6,259 nt of DNA, taken from contig NW_021829401.1 in NCBI RefSeq assembly GCF_006345805.1, forward strand, positions 1 to 6,259, read 5' to 3'. Every line of letters begins with the position of its first letter. The first letter of the stretch is position 1. The stretch comes from Octopus sinensis. Its lineage: Eukaryota. The translations under genes were made by a program, and so were the position numbers. Positions 1 to 6,259 of this stretch are shown piece after piece. The notes beneath the pieces were generated by a model that saw only the letters and a list, made by a program, of their open reading frames with translations, was not told where the DNA came from and ran no database searches.

Positions 1-25
1 TATCTATCTGTCTATCTGTCCGTCC

Positions 26-105
<80 letters not shown>

Positions 106-385
106 GTCTGTCTGTCTGTCTGTCTATCTACCTGCCTGTCTGTCTGTCTATCTATCTATATGTATGTCTGTCTATTTATCTATCTGCCTATTCTTCTGTC
201 TGTCTGTTTACCTATCAATGTATGTATGTATCTGTCTATCTGTCTGTCAGTCTGTCATTCTACCTGTTTTTCTGTCTACTATTTATGCCTCAGTCTGTAT
301 GTATCTATCTACCTGTCTATCTGCGCGCGCGCTCGTGTGTGTGTGTATACATATGTGTGTATAATATATATGTATAATTATATAA
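1..385. repeat. Compound tetranucleotide microsatellite (TCTA/TCTG, degenerate to the right) grading into (GC)n/(GT)n/(TA)n
   Basis: Read directly: near-pure TCTA and TCTG runs to about 160, degenerate variants to about 322, (GC)5 at 323-332, then GT/TA-rich sequence. Confidence 0.97.
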
Positions 386-666
386 TAATAGCAGAAAATG
401 CAGTTTGTGTATTCAAATCCTCCATTTTCTTATATTATTATACTACTAAATTTGTGTCCGCAAATATCGAATCAGATGGAAACATCTATACGGACTATTG
501 GAACTCCACAATGTGTATTTTACTTGTGTATACTAAACGCTAATACAAACACTTGAGAATCAAATTCCGGTAAAGTCAAAGATATACAGATAAACCGGAA
601 GAAGGTTGGATGTATGACATCCCTGGAAGCGCAATCTCTTTCTTTAATAAACTCCATGTAGAATCA

Positions 667-719
667 TACACACACACACACACACACATATATACATATA
701 TATATATACATATACATAT
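667..719. repeat. (CA)n/(TA)n microsatellite
   Basis: Read directly; it abuts the 5' break of the Tc1 fragment. Confidence 0.95.
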
Positions 720-965
720 GAAGTTGAACATCCTATCTGGCCACTACAGTCCCCAGATTTCAATATTATTAAACATTTATGGTGCATTTTAGAAAAACAA
801 GTAAGGAGTCGATATCCTCCATCATCATCACTACAAGAACTGAAGACTCTTTTAGCTGAAGAATGGACAAAAATTCCTCTGGAAACAATTCAAACTTTGT
901 ACGAGTCCATACCTAGTAGAATTCAAGCCGTAATTACTGCGAAAGGTGGTCCTACCCCATATTAA
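720..965 (+). pseudogene. Tc1 transposase C-terminal remnant (81 codons plus stop, no start codon)
   Basis: Manual translation of frame +3: EVEHPIWPLQSPDFNIIKHLWCILEKQVRSRYPPSSSLQELKTLLAEEWTKIPLETIQTLYESIPSRIQAVITAKGGPTPY*. It matches the Tc1 signatures WPxxSPDLNPIExLW and RxxAVIxAKGGxTxY. It is absent from the ORF track because it has no ATG. Confidence 0.93.
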
Positions 966-1017
966 AATGAATTTGTTTGAAATTTTAAGGTGTTTCCATT
1001 ATTTTGTCAAACTCCTG
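720..1017 (+). mobile_element. 5'-truncated Tc1-family (Tc1/mariner, DD34E-type) DNA transposon, right end
   Basis: Transposase C-terminal reading frame at 720-965, a short AT-rich spacer, then a terminus GGTGTTTCCATTATTTTGTCAAACTCCTG (989-1017; reverse complement begins CAGGAG) followed by TA at 1018-1019. This is the canonical Tc1 ...CTG|TA end. No left TIR is seen in the window. Confidence 0.92.
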
Positions 1018-1047
1018 TATATATATGTATATATAGATAGATATATA

Positions 1048-1268
1048 CAGTAATCCCTCGACTATCGCGTGTGTTAAGTTCCAAAACCCCTCGCGAGAGG
1101 TCAAAATCCGCGAAGTAGAAGCAATATTGAACTGTATATATATTTTTTAGTGTTATAATTTCTATATATTTATTTTAACATAAATGTAAAACAACATCGT
1201 GGAGGAATCGGCGAAAGCTTAAATAATAAACCGCGATAGGTGAAGCGAGATATGGCGACGGATTACTG
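1048..1268. mobile_element. Non-autonomous MITE, Tigger/pogo-like (Tc1/mariner superfamily), 221 bp
   Basis: Left TIR CAGTAATCCCTCGACTATCGCG (1048-1069) versus reverse complement of the right TIR CAGTAATCCGTCGCCATATCTCG (1246-1268): 19 of 23 aligned columns match and the outer 9 bp are perfect. TA precedes it (1046-1047); the right flank is AA (degraded TSD). The interior is AT-rich and non-coding. Family assignment comes from recall of CAGT..CCCTCG..ATCGCG termini. Confidence 0.88.
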
Positions 1269-1283
1269 AACACACACACACTG

Positions 1284-1318
<35 letters not shown>
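1269..1318. repeat. (CA)n microsatellite with one CTGA interruption
   Basis: Read directly. Confidence 0.95.
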
Positions 1319-1320
<2 letters not shown>

Positions 1321-1457
1321 ACATAGAGATTCCTTCATGCCTAACAGTCATATATGTGTCTAACAGTCTATCCATTTCTCAAGTTAGTCAATATCTCTGA
1401 AACAAGGAAATCTATGTAGTCAGCGTCATCTTAATACGGCTTTTATTGAGGTGAATA

Positions 1458-1482
1458 TGTATCCATCTATCAATCCATCCAT

Positions 1483-1516
<34 letters not shown>

Positions 1517-1519
1517 ATA

Positions 1520-1556
<37 letters not shown>
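1458..1556. repeat. Compound (ATCC/ATCT)-(CA)n-(TA)n microsatellite
   Basis: Read directly. Confidence 0.95.
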
Positions 1557-1558
<2 letters not shown>

Positions 1559-1621
1559 CAACTTGGAAAAGAGAAATAGAAATAACGCGTGCGTTCGGTC
1601 ATATAGTAATATAATAAAAAA

Positions 1622-1794
1622 ATATATGCATATATACATACATATTGTACATACTTCATCTACATGTATATATACATGCATATATATATATATATATGAG
1701 TACAGGACACACTCATATATATATATATATATATGCATGTATATATATACATGTAGATGTAAGTATGTACATATATGTATATATGCATATATTT

Positions 1795-1832
<38 letters not shown>

Positions 1833-1914
1833 ACTTATATATATATATATGCATGTATATATATTCATATTTATATACATACATACCTGCATACATTCAT
1901 ACGTATATATATAT
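1622..1914. repeat. Degenerate (TA)n/(TACA)n/(TATG)n low-complexity tract
   Basis: Read directly; almost all alternating purine-pyrimidine sequence. Confidence 0.93.
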
Positions 1915-2137
1915 GAAATGAAGCAATTTATATATCTTATTCATATATTAAAGCTTTCTTTGAATTAAGCTATTGTAATCAACCCTTTTATAACCGGCAA
2001 TGAGACTTTGCAAGAAAACGTTTAGAAGAGAGGAGTAGAAAGCAATAGGGAGGTGAAAGAGACAGACGAACGAAGGGGAACAAGACGAGGCACGAAGACG
2101 ACGACGACGAACGATGTCGATATTAATAATGATGGTG

Positions 2138-2138
<1 letters not shown>

Positions 2139-2186
<48 letters not shown>
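2139..2186. repeat. (GAT)16 trinucleotide microsatellite within a purine-rich region (about 2020-2375)
   Basis: 48 bp of perfect GAT, preceded by a short (GAC)n run near 2097-2110. Confidence 0.97.
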
Positions 2187-2379
2187 ATTTTGCAATAATA
2201 CATTATAAGAAGAAGAAGTAGGTGAAGGAGAAGAACGAAGGTGACATCGACCAATGGAGGCAAGCAATTTGAGCGGAGAAGGCAGAGAAGGAATCTATTA
2301 GCGATTGTGAAGAATTTGGCAGCGGAAGAAAGATTATTGATTTGTGTGTATAATGGTGGGGAGGACGGAGGGATGCCAT

Positions 2380-2890
<511 letters not shown>

Positions 2891-2942
2891 AGAGAAAACG
2901 ATAGAAAGACAGAGTCTCAAAGTTAAATGGTTTCGCCAAGTA

Positions 2943-2977
2943 CTGCTGCTGCTGCTGCTGCTGCTGTGGTTGTTGTT
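2943..2977. repeat. (CTG)8 grading into (GTT)n
   Basis: CTG x8 at 2943-2966, then TGGTTGTTGTT. Confidence 0.95.
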
Positions 2978-3196
2978 TAACCCCTGGTCAAACATAATCC
3001 AGCAGACCTATGATCGAATAAAGCACCCCCAATTGTGACCACCCTGTTGATCCGATGACATCCAGGATTACTTTTACCCAAAATGTCTCTTTTCTCATAC
3101 GTGATGCTAAGTTACGTGATTTGAAATATATTTAACTCCTATCTCTAGCATGTCAATCGTCCACATAATAACTCTTTCGCCCTTCGACAGGTCTCG
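2968..3196 (-). mobile_element. Probable decayed non-LTR retro-element 3' fragment (SINE/LINE tail ending in (AAC)n)
   Basis: Begins GTTGTTGTTTAACCCCTGGTCA...AGCAGACCTATGATC and later has GATTTGA...TCTAGCATGTC. This resembles a common octopus interspersed repeat as I recall it (not searched). The (AAC)n tail orientation implies the minus strand. Confidence 0.4.
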
Positions 3197-3430
3197 TTGT
3201 TATTGTTGTTATTGTTGTTGTCGTTGTTGGTGGTGTGGTGGTGGTGGAGACAGTGCAGTAGGGTAGAGTGGTGTGTATATGTAAGTGTTATGTATATGCG
3301 AGTGTATATCTGTGCGTATGAGCATATGTGTGTCTTTGTATATGAGTGCGGTATGTGCGTGCACGTGTGTATGTGTGTACGAGTGGTGTTGCGTGTATAT
3401 ATATATGTGTGTACGTCTCTCTGTGTATAA
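3197..3430. repeat. (GTT)n to (GGT)n triplet tract followed by degenerate (GT/GTAT)n
   Basis: Read directly. Confidence 0.92.
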
Positions 3431-3471
3431 GTGCGTGAATATGAAAGTTTCGTTGGCCCGTCAAGCGAATT

Positions 3472-3720
<249 letters not shown>

Positions 3721-3834
3721 ACCATATGAGAAAGAAATACGAGATAGACACATAAAGAGAAAATTGGAGTGGGAGAGAATGGGAGAGTGTGTGTGGAAGA
3801 GTGTGGGGAAGAGTGGTTGAAGGAGAGAAGAAGC

Positions 3835-3838
<4 letters not shown>

Positions 3839-3878
<40 letters not shown>
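3839..3878. repeat. (GA)20 polypurine microsatellite
   Basis: 40 bp of perfect GA inside a purine-rich stretch (about 3730-3883). Confidence 0.97.
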
Positions 3879-3883
<5 letters not shown>

Positions 3884-4273
3884 TCAGTAAATCAACATAT
3901 TAAGCACAAACATACAGATTTGAAACGACAGAAATACAAACCAAAACAATTAATTACAATGACAATCAACTTCTTAACGAAATAAAACGATATATTGAAT
4001 TTATTTATATTAAATACGCACACACACAGAAACACACGCTCGCACGTGAATTGATATATATGTATTTGTAATGGGCACATTACATTAATGTTTCCCTTCT
4101 GCTATTTGTCTATTGATTCTTAGGTAACGTTTATGTTTTTGACTCTGTTAACACCGCCAGATTGAATGGTTTCTGCCTTGGTGTCGAAAGCATTGTGATA
4201 TTAGATAGGCAGCCGCTGATGGGAATTAAAGTTTGATGTGCAACTGTGTGTAGCAATATAGTTCATTGAAAGC

Positions 4274-4386
4274 ATGTGTATGTATGTAAGTATGTATGTA
4301 TGTATGTATGTATGTATATGTATGTGTATATATGTATACATGCATGTATGTATGCATGTATGTATGTATGTATGTATGTATGTATG
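4274..4386. repeat. (TATG)n microsatellite
   Basis: Read directly. Confidence 0.96.
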
Positions 4387-4582
4387 TTGCGAGAGATTTC
4401 TTGCCAATATAGAAAGATCCTGTTTCTAACCTCGATCCATGGCTCCTTCTCTGGAATTTCATTAACATCAACAGGGTCTTTGTGCATGCGTATGTATATG
4501 TATCAATTATTTGGAGTTAGTACATATACAGATCTGTATGTTTTGTTTTACGTATGTATTCTCATGCATATAGTTGCATGTC

Positions 4583-4630
4583 TAGACATGCGCATGTATA
4601 GACATGCGCATGTATAGACATACGCATATA
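4583..4630. repeat. 16-bp minisatellite x3 (TAGACATGCGCATGTA)
   Basis: Two identical copies (4583-4598, 4599-4614) and a third with 2 substitutions (4615-4630). Confidence 0.93.
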
Positions 4631-4874
4631 TAACTAAATGGAAAGTTTTACAGGTTTTTACAATTCTGCTGATGGCTTGGATCTATAGTCTTCGAATCAG
4701 CTGCTTTCTCAATTCTGGTATCTTGTAAAAAAAACTTAGCCATTATTAAGCTGATGAAATTTTGATGAAAGATTTTAAGCTTAATTTTTCAAGATTGGTA
4801 TTTAGGCAACATGTTACACATCTCAGTGCCTCAATAATTACAGTTATAAACCTGAAATTGTAAACCGGGTGGAG

Positions 4875-4896
4875 TAACTGTAAATTTCTGAATACC
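4875..4896 (+). repeat. Target-site duplication, left copy (TAACTGTAAATTTCTGAATACC)
   Basis: Identical, 22 of 22, to 5315-5336; the two copies exactly bracket the SINE. Confidence 0.93.
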
Positions 4897-5314
4897 TATA
4901 TTTCTTTACTACCCACAAGGGGCTAAACACAGAGAGGACAAACAAAGACAGACAAACGGATTAAGTCAATTATATCGACCCCAGTGTGTAACCGGTACTT
5001 ATTTAATCGACCCCGAAAGGATGAAAGGCAAAGTCGACCTTGGCGGAATTTGAACCCAGAACGTAACGGCAGACGAAATACCTATTTCTTTACTAGCCAC
5101 AAGGGGCTAAACACAGAGGGCACAAACAAGGACAGACAAACGGATTAAGTCGATTATATCGACCCCAGTGTGTAACTGGTACTTATTTAATCGACCCCGA
5201 AAGGATGAAAGGCAAAGTCGACCTTGGCGGAATTTGAACCCAGAAAGTAACGGCAGACGAAATACCACTAAGCATTACGCCTGGCGTGCTAACGATTCTG
5301 CCAGTTCGCCGCCT
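4897..5314 (-). mobile_element. tRNA-derived SINE with a tandemly duplicated body (head plus 2 units), octopus-type family
   Basis: The minus strand starts AAGGCGGCGAACTGGCAGAATCGTTAG (A-box-like) and has GGTTCAAATTCC (B-box). Body units 5083-5266 (184 bp) and 4897-5082 (186 bp) differ by 7 substitutions and one 2-bp indel. The element is flanked by a perfect 22-bp direct repeat. Confidence 0.93.
5229..5303 (-). promoter_or_regulatory. Internal RNA polymerase III type-2 promoter of the SINE (A-box 5293-5303, B-box 5229-5240)
   Basis: On the minus strand, TGGCAGAATCG resembles the A-box consensus TRGCNNARYNNG and GGTTCAAATTCC fits GTTCRANNC. A second, orphan B-box lies at 5045-5056 in the duplicated unit. 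Activity is unknown. Confidence 0.7.
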
Positions 5315-5336
5315 TAACTGTAAATTTCTGAATACC
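5315..5336 (+). repeat. Target-site duplication, right copy (TAACTGTAAATTTCTGAATACC)
   Basis: Identical, 22 of 22, to 4875-4896. Confidence 0.93.
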
Positions 5337-5400
5337 GTATATACTCGACTATAGAACCGCCATACCCTATAAGACGCACCCCTGACTTACAAGGTTCAAA
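5335..5400 (+). mobile_element. Solo terminus of a Tc2/pogo-branch DNA transposon or MITE (MER104/Kanga-like end)
   Basis: TA|CCGTATATACTCGACTATAGAACCGC...CCTATAAGACGCACCCCTGACTT resembles, from recall, the TA|CCGTAT...ATAAGACGCACC termini of this group, including the doubled TATA(A/G)(G/A)AC motif. No partner TIR is in the window and the inner boundary is uncertain. Confidence 0.55.
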
Positions 5401-5505
5401 TTGGGAATTTCATCATTAACCCGACTTTGATGTTGAGGAGCAAAGTTCGATTAGGACTCGCGTCGACATAGTTGTTGTTCGGAAACCGAGCTTTCACTAT
5501 ACTGA

Positions 5506-5751
5506 AGATGTCTTACAATAACTGTTATCCCATTAAGTCGAAGGAGAGGGGCTTTCTCCGTCCGGGTTGCGGATCCGTGGAATAAGCTGCCGGACGAGAT
5601 AGTGAAGATGCCGACGACCGCTCGGTTCAAAGTCTCCCTTGACCACAAATGGCCTGAACTCTTTACATGAACACCACCCTGTACAAAACTCCATGACCCC
5701 CTACATGGCCTTGCTTTTTGCTTTTTGAGCCAAAAAATTAACTACCTAAGT
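5506..5751 (+). mobile_element. 5'-truncated CR1/L2-group LINE, 3' end (ORF2 C-terminus plus 3' UTR)
   Basis: ORF2-like C-terminal frame ending at TGA 5668-5670, then a short UTR with a CCATG/CATGG stem-loop (5691-5708) and an AAATTAACTACCTAAG tail. The 5' boundary is uncertain; similarity is convincing only from about 5536. Confidence 0.82.
5536..5670 (+). pseudogene. LINE ORF2 (reverse transcriptase polyprotein) C-terminal remnant
   Basis: Manual translation: SRRRGAFSVRVADPWNKLPDEIVKMPTTARFKVSLDHKWPELFT*. It matches the CR1-type ORF2 terminal pattern R..FFS.RVV..WN.LP..VV.A.S...FK..LD..W. Not in the ORF track. Confidence 0.85.
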
Positions 5752-5768
5752 CCATGCATTTTAGAAAC

Positions 5769-6182
5769 CTCTTTTACTCTTTTACTCTTTTACTTGTTTC
5801 AGTCATTTGACTGCGGCCATGCTGGAGCACCGCCTTTAGTCGAGCAAATCGACCCCGGGACTTATTCTTTTGTAAGCCCAGTACTTATTCTATCGGTCTC
5901 TTTTTCCGAACCGCTAAGTGACGGGGACGTAAACACACCAGCATCGGTTGTCAAGCAATGCTAGGGGAACAAACACAGACACACAAACATATACACACAC
6001 ACACTATATATATATATAACATATATACGACAGGCTTCTTTCAGTTTCCGTCTACCAAATCCACTCACAAGGCATTGGTCGGCCCGGGGCTATAGCAAAG
6101 ACACTTGCCCAAGATGCCACGCAGTGGGACTGAACCCGGAACCATGTGGTCGGTTAGAAGCTACTTACCACACACCCACTCC
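5769..6182 (-). mobile_element. Near full-length tRNA-derived CORE-type SINE (octopus OR-like) with an internal CA/TA microsatellite and a (TAAAAGAG)3 tail
   Basis: The minus strand reads GGAGTGGGTGTGTGGTAAG (A-box-like), GGTTCAGTCCC (B-box, 6126-6136), then TGGCATCTTGGGCAAGTGTCTT.GCTATAGCCCCGGG (CORE-like domain), a microsatellite at about 5990-6027, and a 3' tail ending in three 8-mer repeats (5769-5792). The family name is from recall. Confidence 0.9.
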
Positions 6183-6259
6183 TATAAACCGTTGTTTATA
6201 ATGTCATGTCAAATTTGATCCTTGAAAACGTTAGTTGATTTGTTTATTGAGAGTTAATT

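Noticed and set aside
160-543. 127-aa and 66-aa plus-strand ORFs
   Set aside because: Mostly translations of TCTA/TCTG repeats (periodic S/V/C/L/Y/I); the unique tail has no recognisable motif.
387-666. Possible upstream continuation of the Tc1 transposase, or an exon
   Set aside because: The frames I translated show no DDNAP-type motif or long open stretch, and I saw no convincing splice pair. Left unassigned.
610-792. 60-aa ORF overlapping the Tc1 fragment
   Set aside because: It is in the wrong frame (+1) and spans a microsatellite; the real signal is frame +3 from 720.
1412-1968. Several Y/I/C/V-rich ORFs on both strands
   Set aside because: Artefacts of stop-free (TA)n, (CA)n and (TG)n repeats.
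4090-4260. Candidate acceptor sites (TTCTTAG at about 4123, CCGCCAG at about 4160)
   Set aside because: TTCTTAG is followed immediately by GT; the frames I checked after CCGCCAG hit stops within about 25 codons, with no strong donor or recognisable peptide.
4631-4874. AT-rich segment that may be an old interspersed repeat
   Set aside because: Only vague familiarity; no TIR, TSD, tail or coding signature is visible.
4897-5266. Direct repeats that could be mistaken for CRISPR repeats, LTRs or tRNA genes
   Set aside because: The units are adjacent (no spacers), about 185 bp long, and carry SINE hallmarks (Pol III boxes, TSD). The tRNA-like heads do not form a full cloverleaf.
5451-5964. ORFs 5451-5648 (-) and 5725-5964 (+)
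   Set aside because: They are antisense to the LINE remnant and to the SINE tail respectively; incidental open frames.
6183-6200. TATAAAC-CGTT-GTTTATA hairpin at the SINE 5' junction
   Set aside because: A 7-bp AT-rich stem is expected by chance in 6 kb of AT-rich DNA.

Overview
Eukaryotic, repeat-dominated non-coding DNA (intronic or intergenic), most likely from an octopus. That origin is inferred from my recall of the two SINE families and from the extreme microsatellite density; it was not checked against a database. I find no intact host gene, rRNA, true tRNA or CRISPR array. Nearly all ORFs in the supplied track are translations of simple repeats. Roughly 35-40% of the window (hand estimate) is compound microsatellite. 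Transposon relics, in order: (1) the 3' end of a Tc1 element, with an 81-codon transposase C-terminus missed by the ORF track, its catalytic Glu changed to Lys, and the right TIR plus TA (720-1019); (2) a 221-bp Tigger/pogo-like MITE (1048-1268); (3) a probable decayed retro-element tail (about 2968-3196); (4) a head-plus-two-unit tRNA-derived SINE with a perfect 22-bp target-site duplication (4875-5336); (5) a solo Tc2/pogo-like terminus (5335 to about 5400); (6) the 3' end of a CR1/L2-type LINE (about 5506-5751); (7) a near full-length CORE-type tRNA SINE (5769-6182). The most interesting signals concern retroposon mechanism: AATACC recurs at every junction of the dimeric SINE, and two different SINE families share a hairpin module. 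I see no evidence of a new multi-gene system.
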